Shown: positions 19,139-28,010 of the stretch, one piece after another | Position numbering within the stretch: the stretch's first letter is position 1 | Layout: each line of letters opens with the position of its first letter | Program-made: the position numbers and the translations under genes | Notes under the pieces: generated by a model | What the model was told of the DNA's origin: nothing | The model's input: the letters and a program-made list of their open reading frames with translations, nothing else | Database searches by the model: none | IMG/VR virus record: IMGVR_UViG_3300030107_005947 | Location: 1-54,470 of that record | From: a virus | Lineage: Duplodnaviria; Caudoviricetes | Reading direction: 5' to 3' (one strand) | Length of the DNA stretch: 54,470 nucleotides

Positions 19139-19393
19139 CTATTTCTCCTTTTCACTAAAAAATAATAATAACATTGCATAATGTATTATCTTAAATATAT
19201 CATTTCTTGGGCTTCCCTTTTTATCATATCTAGAAGCATATTTAATAATGTTTGCCCTACAAAAAGGTAAAACATCTCCACAGGCTTCAATGAAATCAAG
19301 CGTTTGAATATTACCTTCGCTATAATGCTCATCATAGGTGTTTTTCACATATTCAGAAATTTCTTCTATAGTCTTATCTTCATTATATTTCAT
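19139..19393 (-). CDS. DUF3310-family protein (T7 gp1.7-like, putative nucleotide kinase)
   Basis: HYSEGNIQTLDFI..FCRANIIKYASRYDKKG..DIFKIIHY. Confidence 0.75.
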   Translation of the reverse strand: MKYNEDKTIEEISEYVKNTYDEHYSEGNIQTLDFIEACGDVLPFCRANIIKYASRYDKKGSPRNDIFKIIHYAMLLLFFSEKEK

Positions 19394-19398
19394 AAGTA

Positions 19399-19617
19399 TT
19401 ACCAACCAAAATCTAATTGTTTTTCATTATGTGTATAATAGACATATTTACCACGCATCTCTCTAGTAAGAATACCTTTTTCAGCTAATTTCCTAGCTGT
19501 TCTATCGGCAGAAGTTCCTAGCCAACCCCACTCGGTATTAACTTTTTGTAAATTCCATGATGGTACGGGCTCTCTTGAATGGTAAACCACATTTTCTACT
19601 ATCTTTGCTTGTGTCAT
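19399..19617 (-). CDS. small winged-helix-like protein
   Basis: ADRTARKLAEKGILTREMRGKYVYY; AAGGAG RBS (GTG at 19623 is an alternative start). Confidence 0.55.
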   Translation of the reverse strand: MTQAKIVENVVYHSREPVPSWNLQKVNTEWGWLGTSADRTARKLAEKGILTREMRGKYVYYTHNEKQLDFGW

Positions 19618-19639
19618 TTTCACAATATTGCTCCTTTGC

Positions 19640-20350
19640 TTAATAAACATTCCAAAATAATACATCGTTACTTTTTTTCAACTGCATACATAATTCCAAT
19701 GCTTTTAAATCATAATTAGGCATACACTGAAAAGGTGCTTTGTATTTACTACTATAATCAAAACTTTTAGGATATTTAATTAAACGTAATCGTTCATGTT
19801 CATAATTAAAATCTTTACCTACTATAATACCAGTTACTTGTGCATTATTACTACCTGATAATATCCCTTTGACTAAAGTTCCACTACCTACTGCACAAAA
19901 AATTTCAGCAGGTTCTTTTCCTAATTCCTTAATTATAGTTTTCATGGTATTTGCTATGCTATTTATAGCAATTGGGTGATTAGCACCAAATTCTAAATAC
20001 TGATAATTACTATTTACATTTACAAAGTCTTTGGCACGTTTTTGTACTACGTTTAAATACCCAGGAGTAATTTCTACTACTTCACTACCTAACTCACTAG
20101 CTAATAAAGTGTTTGGGTGTTTTTCCTTGCGTTTGGCACAAAATATGATGCTTTTTTTACCAACGTTTTTTGCTACCTCACTTAAGGCTATTTGAAAACC
20201 TCCATATACTGGACTTGCGTATACATAACCATTTTTATTTTCATTTAAAAGTAAAGGTAAAAAACGGCTTTTAGTACCACCAATTAATAAATCATCTCGT
20301 AATACTGTTATACCTTCATAACTTTCCAAAGTAATTGTATTATCCGACAT
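19640..20350 (-). CDS. PLP-dependent enzyme, fold type II (ACC deaminase/cysteine synthase-like)
   Basis: VLRDDLLIGGTKSR Schiff-base Lys motif, CAVGSGT phosphate loop, YDLKA. Confidence 0.8.
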   Translation of the reverse strand: MSDNTITLESYEGITVLRDDLLIGGTKSRFLPLLLNENKNGYVYASPVYGGFQIALSEVAKNVGKKSIIFCAKRKEKHPNTLLASELGSEVVEITPGYLNVVQKRAKDFVNVNSNYQYLEFGANHPIAINSIANTMKTIIKELGKEPAEIFCAVGSGTLVKGILSGSNNAQVTGIIVGKDFNYEHERLRLIKYPKSFDYSSKYKAPFQCMPNYDLKALELCMQLKKSNDVLFWNVY

Positions 20351-20358
20351 TACAGCAA

Positions 20359-22296
20359 CTACTCCTTTCCCGTTAACTGTAAATCCTTCTTGGTAGCCCA
20401 TGACGGACTACATATTTCAACATCTACTTCTAATGGTATACCTAAACTATTGTTTTGTAAAATTTCTTTAATTACTAAAGGTAAAGTTTCCATTTCCGAA
20501 TTATGTATTTCACATATAATTTCATCATGTACTTGTAATAAAATACTGCTTTTAGTATCGGAAAGTCGCTTTTCTACTTCTATCATTCGTTCGGATAATA
20601 AATCTGCTGATGTTCCTTGAACTAAATAGTTGACGCCTTTATAAGCAAAGTCGGAATCTATTTGATATCGTCTGCCATAACGATTTTTAATCCAACCTCG
20701 TTTCACAACTATCCTTACTACATGATCAAAGAAATCTCTACTACCTTTTAAACCTTCAAAATATTTCTTTTTGTATAAAGACGCTTCTTTAACTGTTGTA
20801 CTTAATTGATGTGCCAGATTCTTTGCTCCCATACCATATATTGTTCCAAAAGTTATACCTTTTGCCATTTGACGATAATATTTAAATTGTTCATCTTCTT
20901 CAGTAACATTAAAGGCTAATTTTGCAGCTTCGCCATGAAAATCCACATCATTTTTGTTTAGAAGTGCATCTATAACATCATTCCTAAAATATGACATAAA
21001 AACTCTAACTTCCATTTGGCTATAGTCAAAAGAAACCAAAGTATGTTCTGGTCTTGCCACAAATAAACGCCTAATTGATATTTGATTACTATCATTTTCA
21101 TCAAAATACTCATCACCAACAAAAAACCACGAATCTATCAACTCATTAGAAACATTAACAGCTATGTTTTCTCTTTTTTGTGCTGACATTTTATTTCTAA
21201 TATCTTCCCTATCTTTATCTGTTATATTTTCACTAGATAAACGAAAGCTATTTCTTGGTATATTTTGCAAATTAGGTTCTCTTGATGACAATCTACCTGT
21301 TGCAGTACCCCAATTACAAAAATTTGTTCTCATTAGAGTTGTATCTATATAAGGTACTACATATGTTGAGTTTAATTTTGCAAAACCTCTATATTGTTTA
21401 ACTAATCCAGCCAATTTGTGATCTATAGTCATTAAAGCTGCTTCATTCCAAGAAGGATTTCCTTTTTCAGTTTTTACAGGAGATTCTATTCCAAGATATT
21501 CAAACACTTTTCCGAGTTGTTGTGTACTTAAAATATCAAATTCTTGCTTTGCAATATCATAAATTTCTGCTTGTAATTCAAGTAATTTATTATCAATCAA
21601 TTTTTTACACTTTATAGCATAGCCTTGATCAATAGTAATTCCACGCTTTTCTATTTTATGCAAAACTTCCGTTAATTCACATTGCAGTTCATAAATTTCA
21701 TTCTGCTGTGTGTTTTCTATTTGCTGAAGTGCATCTTCATAAACTCTAGCTGTTAACTCCACATCTTTTTTACAGTATTCTCCTAAAAATGTTGCTGGAG
21801 AAACAGAAAAATCCTTATGCCATTTATAGGACTTTAATGCTTTTTTTGTATCAATATCATATTGTACGGACTCTTTTCCGTACCATCTGGAACCAGTAGG
21901 AGTTAATCCAAAATCCCTAACTGAAGAAGATTCAACCAATCTTACCATAACAATGACATCAATTAGCTTTTTATCTTCTGAAATAAAACCATCATTTTCA
22001 AGAAAACGCAAATCAAATTTCAAATTGTAACCAATAACTGCTTTGCTTTGGTTTAATACTTCCATTAATTCTGGTAACTTATCGTAATCAAGGTTTTCTC
22101 CTTGATGATGCCTAAAGGGGAAATAGAAAGATTTTCCTTTAAAGGTAGCTTCTCCAACACCAATACCACATGATTGATTTATATCAGAATTTAAGCCGTT
22201 TGTTTCTACGTCAACAACAATTTTTTCAGTTCTTGCAATAATGTCCCTAACGTGCTGTAAATTTTCTCCGAAAGTTGCGTTTGTTACAACTGACAT
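20359..22296 (-). CDS. polA: family A DNA polymerase with 3'-5' exonuclease
   Basis: DVETNG ExoI, YNLKFD ExoII, YCKKD ExoIII, TGRLSS..PNLQNIP, DYSQMEVR, RQMAKGITFGTIYG, QVHDE. Confidence 0.95.
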   Translation of the reverse strand: MSVVTNATFGENLQHVRDIIARTEKIVVDVETNGLNSDINQSCGIGVGEATFKGKSFYFPFRHHQGENLDYDKLPELMEVLNQSKAVIGYNLKFDLRFLENDGFISEDKKLIDVIVMVRLVESSSVRDFGLTPTGSRWYGKESVQYDIDTKKALKSYKWHKDFSVSPATFLGEYCKKDVELTARVYEDALQQIENTQQNEIYELQCELTEVLHKIEKRGITIDQGYAIKCKKLIDNKLLELQAEIYDIAKQEFDILSTQQLGKVFEYLGIESPVKTEKGNPSWNEAALMTIDHKLAGLVKQYRGFAKLNSTYVVPYIDTTLMRTNFCNWGTATGRLSSREPNLQNIPRNSFRLSSENITDKDREDIRNKMSAQKRENIAVNVSNELIDSWFFVGDEYFDENDSNQISIRRLFVARPEHTLVSFDYSQMEVRVFMSYFRNDVIDALLNKNDVDFHGEAAKLAFNVTEEDEQFKYYRQMAKGITFGTIYGMGAKNLAHQLSTTVKEASLYKKKYFEGLKGSRDFFDHVVRIVVKRGWIKNRYGRRYQIDSDFAYKGVNYLVQGTSADLLSERMIEVEKRLSDTKSSILLQVHDEIICEIHNSEMETLPLVIKEILQNNSLGIPLEVDVEICSPSWATKKDLQLTGKE

Positions 22297-23039
22297 TAAA
22301 ACAACTCGTCAATGGCTTCTTGTTGTTCTTCATTACTTTCAAAAGGGTTACTAAAGTCAAATTGTGAATCTTGTTTGGGTAATGTAACTCCACTTTTCTC
22401 TAAGAAATATTCTTCAAGAGATGGTAAAGAACTTTGTTCTTTAAGTTTGTCCGATGGAATTTGCATATCTTTTCTAGTTATATTGAAATTATAGCGTGTA
22501 TCACGTTCTTCCCCAGTTCTACTAAGTTTAAATACTGCTGTATCAAGTCTGGAATCATTTTCCATTACTGCATCTATAATCGCATCTTTTAAAGAGTATG
22601 GTAATTCAACAATTTTATAATCATTTATTTGTTCTCTATAAATATAGCTTTTTGTTTGGTGTACTGGTATCTTTTCCCAAGAATCAGCTCCGTATCTCCA
22701 AGAACCATCTTTGTTTTGTGCTGTCTTATGTTCTACATAATGAACATATACCCACAATAAAAGTCTGGAGCGTGTATTTGCTTCTAAAGGTACATCGGAC
22801 ATATCGATGCTTTCATGATTAAAACGTGAAGTCCATCTACCTCCATCAGCTCTCCAAGTAGTCATTTTACAATCTAAAAGGTATCGTTCTTGTTCTGTAT
22901 CATCTTGAATACCTGTAACATATAAAGAATCACCATCTTTTAAATAAAATTCACGTCTAACCTGTGTAGGAGTATTTCTTTGAACACTTTGTGTAGGTTT
23001 CTCTAAATTCTTGGACAACAATGTATCTAAATTTGCCAT
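22296..23039 (-). CDS. putative single-stranded DNA-binding protein
   Basis: between primase and polymerase; FKLSRTGEERDTRY motif; acidic tail ending IDELF. Confidence 0.6.
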   Translation of the reverse strand: MANLDTLLSKNLEKPTQSVQRNTPTQVRREFYLKDGDSLYVTGIQDDTEQERYLLDCKMTTWRADGGRWTSRFNHESIDMSDVPLEANTRSRLLLWVYVHYVEHKTAQNKDGSWRYGADSWEKIPVHQTKSYIYREQINDYKIVELPYSLKDAIIDAVMENDSRLDTAVFKLSRTGEERDTRYNFNITRKDMQIPSDKLKEQSSLPSLEEYFLEKSGVTLPKQDSQFDFSNPFESNEEQQEAIDELF

Positions 23040-23051
23040 TTTTTTTCTCCT

Positions 23052-23912
23052 TTACCAATAATGGGTATTTTCTAAAATGTTTTCTAATTCTATTTTACTT
23101 CTAACTTCTTGAATATCTTTATATTTTTCAGGTAAGTCTATATATGATAACAAAAATCTATTTTTCATGTCAAAGGTAGCTTTTTTTATACCCTTTTGTC
23201 CTGCTTCATCGTTATCAAGGCACAAAACAACTTCACTAGGTGCTAGAGAACTAACCATATTTACTTGAGAAACGCTTATTATCGCCCCTAGTATAGCTAA
23301 CGCTGAATATCCGTTTTGATTAAGCCATATAGTGTCTAATGCACCCTCTGTAATGTAAATTTTTTCATAATCAGTTATATGATTAATTCCAAACAAACAT
23401 AAAGATTTTTTAAATCCTTTGCTGTACAAGTATTTCGGTTCTTCGTGTAATCTTCTTTTTATCCAACCAATTGATTCGGACAATTCGTTTTCAACTGGTA
23501 TAACTAAATCGCCGAATAAATTTTGTCTACAATTCCATTCCAATAAAGTTTGCTTTGTAAAACCTCTTTCATAAATCCAATGATCATCTTCTAAATCATA
23601 CAAAATATATGGACTACTTACTTCTTGATTGACTTGTTGTATTGATTCATTTGTATTAAAAAAAGTAAAATTCACATCTTCTTTATAAGGCATTAATTCT
23701 TTGCTTACATCTTGCCAACTTTTACCAGTAAGCATCTGAATAAACAATGCTAACGATCCAGAACCACAACCAGCAAAACAAATCCAAAGTCCTTTATCAA
23801 GATTAATTGAACAAGATGAAATATTATCGACATGAAACGGACACTGAATTGAGTATTCGTCTTCCAGTGAGGTATCTATACCATATTCTTCAAGAACTGA
23901 ACGCCAATCCAT
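23052..23912 (-). CDS. DNA primase (CHC2 zinc finger plus TOPRIM)
   Basis: CPFH..WICFAGCG, PKYLYS, ITEGALD, LCLDNDEAG, KD. Confidence 0.9.
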   Translation of the reverse strand: MDWRSVLEEYGIDTSLEDEYSIQCPFHVDNISSCSINLDKGLWICFAGCGSGSLALFIQMLTGKSWQDVSKELMPYKEDVNFTFFNTNESIQQVNQEVSSPYILYDLEDDHWIYERGFTKQTLLEWNCRQNLFGDLVIPVENELSESIGWIKRRLHEEPKYLYSKGFKKSLCLFGINHITDYEKIYITEGALDTIWLNQNGYSALAILGAIISVSQVNMVSSLAPSEVVLCLDNDEAGQKGIKKATFDMKNRFLLSYIDLPEKYKDIQEVRSKIELENILENTHYW

Positions 23913-23916
23913 TTTT

Positions 23917-24105
23917 TTACTTTCTCGTTTTTTTAGGATTTCTTACATAAGCAACAATCTGCTGAATATTACCATCAGTATCTAGACCATAACCTCGTTT
24001 GAAATCTTCAGCAGTTACCGAAAAAAGTTTTTTATTCTTTTTGCTTTTAAACTTTCGTATAACTTCTTCTTCTTTGCTAGAAGTGAACCATTCTAATAAA
24101 CCCAT
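23917..24105 (-). CDS. hypothetical protein
   Basis: tiled ORF with AAAGGA RBS. Confidence 0.55.
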   Translation of the reverse strand: MGLLEWFTSSKEEEVIRKFKSKKNKKLFSVTAEDFKRGYGLDTDGNIQQIVAYVRNPKKTRK

Positions 24106-24120
24106 AATCTTATCCTTTCT

Positions 24121-25392
24121 TTAATAATTATTAGTTTCATATCCTTCTAATTCTTCAATATGTCCAACGTCAACATTCCATTGTAAATACATTGTATCAA
24201 TATTAAGGCTACCATTTCTATATTTTTGTACTTGAACTGCTCGTTTGTTTAATGAATTTTCTACTGCTGACATAGACAAAGCAACATCAGAAGCCCGTAA
24301 CAAAGCATCGCCAAAAGCTACTTGACCAGCTTGTGGTGGTTTGTATATATCTGAAGCATCTCTATTAGCTTGTGTGGTAACAAATACAGGTGTTTTAGTT
24401 GCAACTGCTAGATTTTTTAAATTATAGAATAGTGTGTGAGATTGCTCCCAAGTTGCTTTGTTTTTTTCTCCAGTTTGAACAAGATAAGCACCATCAATTA
24501 CTAAAAATTCTGGGGAATGTTTTCGCACTAATGAAGCTATTGAATCCGTTGATATTGCTGTATCTCCACTTATATGATCGCATATTAATAAATTTTTATC
24601 TGTAATGCTTTCGAGAAAATCTGCGTATTTCAATGAATCGATAGATTCTCCTCTACGCAAAGAATTATGAGAAAACGAATAACCTTGTAGATTGGCAACA
24701 ACTACATCTAATCGCATTTTTATATCTAATACAGGAGTTTCTGTAGATATTAACAAAGTTCGAACACCATTCATTGCGGCTATTGCAGCGGCACTGACGC
24801 ATATCCAAGTTTTACCTACAGCAGGTCTGGCATATAAAGAAACTAAATCCCCTGGCATCCAACCTACTCCAGTTTTGTTTATTGATTTAAATGATGTGAC
24901 AATACCTAAAAGACCATCACCTTTTTGTCTTAATTCTACCCGTTCATTCCATTCATCTAATCTATCTAAAGAACCATCATCATAAGTTACAACATCTTCA
25001 TCATATTTAATCTCAATATCTGTTAAACCATTCATTATGGCTGATAGAGCTTTTTGTGGCTCTAGAACAATTTCTTTTTCATGTTTTTGAATAACACTAA
25101 TCATATTTCTACTTTGTAACTGTTTAGTAAATTGGTCTATTGCATAATCATAGGTTACGGATATAGCTGTTTTATCTAAAGTTTCATATTCATTAAGTAT
25201 TGTTTCAGCACTAGGTATTTCACCATATTTTATGAAATGTTCTCGTATAAATATTAAAACTTCTCCGTGTCTGGAAAAATCTTTTGAGGTATAGCGAAAA
25301 GATTTAAATCTCTTAGTATCTAAATTTAATAAAATCGCACTCTCTATAAATTCATAACTATAGCGGCGATCTTCAACCCTTTTATTATCCAA
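24121..25392 (-). CDS. dnaB: DnaB-like replicative helicase
   Basis: ARPAVGKT Walker A, ISTE, LVIDGAY, TTQANR, KYRNG. Confidence 0.9.
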   Translation of the reverse strand: MDNKRVEDRRYSYEFIESAILLNLDTKRFKSFRYTSKDFSRHGEVLIFIREHFIKYGEIPSAETILNEYETLDKTAISVTYDYAIDQFTKQLQSRNMISVIQKHEKEIVLEPQKALSAIMNGLTDIEIKYDEDVVTYDDGSLDRLDEWNERVELRQKGDGLLGIVTSFKSINKTGVGWMPGDLVSLYARPAVGKTWICVSAAAIAAMNGVRTLLISTETPVLDIKMRLDVVVANLQGYSFSHNSLRRGESIDSLKYADFLESITDKNLLICDHISGDTAISTDSIASLVRKHSPEFLVIDGAYLVQTGEKNKATWEQSHTLFYNLKNLAVATKTPVFVTTQANRDASDIYKPPQAGQVAFGDALLRASDVALSMSAVENSLNKRAVQVQKYRNGSLNIDTMYLQWNVDVGHIEELEGYETNNY

Positions 25393-25397
25393 TTTTT

Positions 25398-25622
25398 TTA
25401 CCTTGTATAGACTATTCTATTACTGTTCTTATTTTGTATATATAACCTTACATTATCTTGTGTATACTTGTCAATTTCTTGTTTGGCTAAATCCAATTCA
25501 GTAAATTCATCAGCTACCCAAATATCTAAAGTTTTATGATTTACGCACAAAATCCTATAAATAGGATCATCATCTATAACTTGTTTTCTTAGTAATTGAT
25601 TTCGTATTTTTTTCTTCTTCAT
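25398..25622 (-). CDS. hypothetical protein
   Basis: tiled ORF. Confidence 0.55.
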   Translation of the reverse strand: MKKKKIRNQLLRKQVIDDDPIYRILCVNHKTLDIWVADEFTELDLAKQEIDKYTQDNVRLYIQNKNSNRIVYTR

Positions 25623-25630
25623 TGGTTATT

Positions 25631-26806
25631 TCAATATTTTTTCAAAATATAACAAAATTCGAATTTATTGGAATTGCCTTCTTCATCAACCTGATTACTA
25701 GTTCGGGTAGATTCCGTTGGAGGTAATATACGATAGGTATCTACTAAGGTAAATTTTTCTTCTGCTATTTTTAACATATCAGAAGCTAGAGGTATTCCTG
25801 AAATTAATGCACCCATTACAAATGAAAATACTCCATCTTTTTTAAGTACATTATCGCTTTCTATAACTGTCTGTCTCCAGTATTTATCTAACCAAGTATC
25901 ATAATCATTATACAAAGCAGTAGATTGATTTTCACCAGCATAAACTTCTAAATCAAAATATGGTGGGCAGAAAAAAATCTTGTCATATTTTTCAGGCAAA
26001 ACACTGGACATTTTCTCAGAAGGAATACAAAAAGTTTCTAATTTATATGGGGCATCGAATAGCATTCGTGAATGAATATAATCAAATAATTCTTTTGTAA
26101 CATCTAATACCTTACACTGAACATCAACAATATGAATATCTGAATAATTATCACTCGTAACAGTGGCTAATACTGGACTTGACCAACTAGCTGAAGGAAT
26201 TAATAGCTTTTGTTTTTCCACATTAATATATTTATCAGTTTCTTGGAGTAGTGTTTTATATATTGCTGGACTAAATACTGAAACTTGTCCTGATTTTGTT
26301 TTTGCAGTAACAACAAAAGATATATAATCTTTATAATAAACAGTTTCAAAAACAGATGGTACAGTAACAAAATCTGGAACCTTTCCAGTTTCTAATGCTA
26401 ATTTATAAGCTGTTTTAAGATTTCCTCCATGTGCTGGTGCACAATCTAACATACTATCAAGATGAATATTTCTAATAACCCTTGTGTTGTTTGCAGAATG
26501 TTGTATAGCTTTATCAACTATTGGTAAAAATGGAACACTTCTAATATCTTTATAGGTATTTCCACTAATTTTATATTCTAATCTTTTTTTAAAGTATTCA
26601 ATTAACGGCTCATCATCGAGTAAAAAATTATAGCAGTATTCATAAAAAGTTTCTTTGGTTTTTAAGGTAGTAACACGAATATCATCAGGCTGTAATTTAT
26701 CCCACAATCTACTAAGCTGTTTAGTTTTGAGAAATTCATCTAATGATAAAGGAACAATATCTTCTCGAATAAGTTTTACAAAATCAGTTGAGGTAAATGT
26801 TTTCAT
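25631..26806 (-). CDS. amino-DNA methyltransferase-like protein with atypical motifs
   Basis: DKIFFCPPYFDLEVY..QS..Y..WL..LKKDGVF; degenerate SAM motif IPSASWSS. Confidence 0.7.
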   Translation of the reverse strand: MKTFTSTDFVKLIREDIVPLSLDEFLKTKQLSRLWDKLQPDDIRVTTLKTKETFYEYCYNFLLDDEPLIEYFKKRLEYKISGNTYKDIRSVPFLPIVDKAIQHSANNTRVIRNIHLDSMLDCAPAHGGNLKTAYKLALETGKVPDFVTVPSVFETVYYKDYISFVVTAKTKSGQVSVFSPAIYKTLLQETDKYINVEKQKLLIPSASWSSPVLATVTSDNYSDIHIVDVQCKVLDVTKELFDYIHSRMLFDAPYKLETFCIPSEKMSSVLPEKYDKIFFCPPYFDLEVYAGENQSTALYNDYDTWLDKYWRQTVIESDNVLKKDGVFSFVMGALISGIPLASDMLKIAEEKFTLVDTYRILPPTESTRTSNQVDEEGNSNKFEFCYILKKY

Positions 26807-26814
26807 AGATAATA

Positions 26815-26843
26815 AATATAATATTTATACCGATAGTTGTCAA
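26815..26843 (-). promoter_or_regulatory. sigma70-type promoter of the MTase-like gene
   Basis: TTGACA-N17-TATATT ending 8 nt before ATG 26806. Confidence 0.6.
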
Positions 26844-26845
26844 AA

Positions 26846-27379
26846 TTACTCATTTAACTCAAAAGCAATATCAGAAAATTTATCTCTGAGTGTTTGTCGA
26901 ACGTTGTAAGCATTTTCTCCTAAATCTTCGGTTATTTCTTGCATTGTTAAACCTTCAATTTTTAACTGTATAAATTGTTTTTCTAAAGATGTTAATCCTT
27001 TGGAATTAATAAAATTGTTTAATTCAACGTCAGCTAAAACCTCACTATCTTCTTTTAAGGCACTATTTAATTCTGTAGGCATCGTATTAAAATCATCAAA
27101 AGTAAAATCCAGACTTTTTGTAAATACTTTTCGTTCTGATTTGCTAACTAGTGTTCTAATAGTGTTTACCATAGAGGTATGTAGATATGTGTGGAATAAT
27201 GTACCTTTTGTTTCATCGAACGATTTTGCTGCTTTTACAATACAAATCCTTAATTCTTGTGCTAAATCTTCTTTCTCCATGTCGGCAATATACTGATTTT
27301 GTCGGTACATATTTGAAATCATTCGTTGTATCTTTGGCTCCCATTGTAGTATTAAATCATTATCTATTAACATCGGCAA
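26846..27379 (-). CDS. phage RNA polymerase sigma factor (regions 2 and 4 only)
   Basis: EDLAQELRICIVKAAKSFDETKGTLFHTY region 2; LTSLEKQFIQLKIEGLTMQEITEDLG region 4 HTH. Confidence 0.85.
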   Translation of the reverse strand: MPMLIDNDLILQWEPKIQRMISNMYRQNQYIADMEKEDLAQELRICIVKAAKSFDETKGTLFHTYLHTSMVNTIRTLVSKSERKVFTKSLDFTFDDFNTMPTELNSALKEDSEVLADVELNNFINSKGLTSLEKQFIQLKIEGLTMQEITEDLGENAYNVRQTLRDKFSDIAFELNE

Positions 27380-27383
27380 TCCC

Positions 27384-27809
27384 TTAAAATATATAATCTG
27401 AAACCTTGCGTTTACTGCTTATTCCGTCGGCTCTTCCTTTATAATAACATTGGCGACTACAATACATATATTTATAGTCTATTTTATATAAAAATCTGAT
27501 ATCTTTTTTCTTTTTCCAAAAGGGAACATGACAAAAAGCACAGTTCACTTTTATATTATAATTAATAAATCTACATTTCGCACACACAACAGGATTATAG
27601 TAATTTTTAGATTTAGGAGTTGGATTTCCACACACTGGACAATAACGTATTGGTTTACTATCTTTCCTTCTCTTTGTAGGACCTTGCTTTATATCATTAT
27701 CTTTAAGATATTTATAAATGTATTGCCTACTTGTTTTAAAATGTATTCCTATTTCTTGTAATGTTGCTAATGGGTGTAATTCTTTATATTGTAAAATATC
27801 TTTTCGCAT
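27384..27809 (-). CDS. HTH plus zinc-finger protein
   Basis: TLQEIGIHFKTSRQYIY HTH; CPVC, CAKC, CAFC, CSRQC. Confidence 0.7.
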   Translation of the reverse strand: MRKDILQYKELHPLATLQEIGIHFKTSRQYIYKYLKDNDIKQGPTKRRKDSKPIRYCPVCGNPTPKSKNYYNPVVCAKCRFINYNIKVNCAFCHVPFWKKKKDIRFLYKIDYKYMYCSRQCYYKGRADGISSKRKVSDYIF

Positions 27810-28009
27810 TAAAAGGTTGCTTTTAAATCATTCATTTTCTTTTTTTGTATTGAACTTTCTAATCTTGAAGTTACAACCATTGATAAATAAGTATTCATTC
27901 TAGTTACAGTAAGTTCTTCTTCACCTTTATCAGTAGCAATAGCTTGTAAATCAGCCTGAACTCTTGTCCATAAATCATCTGTTATACTGACTGTAAATGA
28001 TTGTGCCAT
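27809..28009 (-). CDS. hypothetical protein
   Basis: tiled ORF; AAGGAG RBS. Confidence 0.55.
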   Translation of the reverse strand: MAQSFTVSITDDLWTRVQADLQAIATDKGEEELTVTRMNTYLSMVVTSRLESSIQKKKMNDLKATF

Positions 28010-28010
28010 A

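Noticed and set aside
11564-25392. Inteins or introns in nrdJ, terL, polA, recA or dnaB
   Set aside because: ORFs are continuous and of normal length, with no intein termini or homing endonuclease motifs seen
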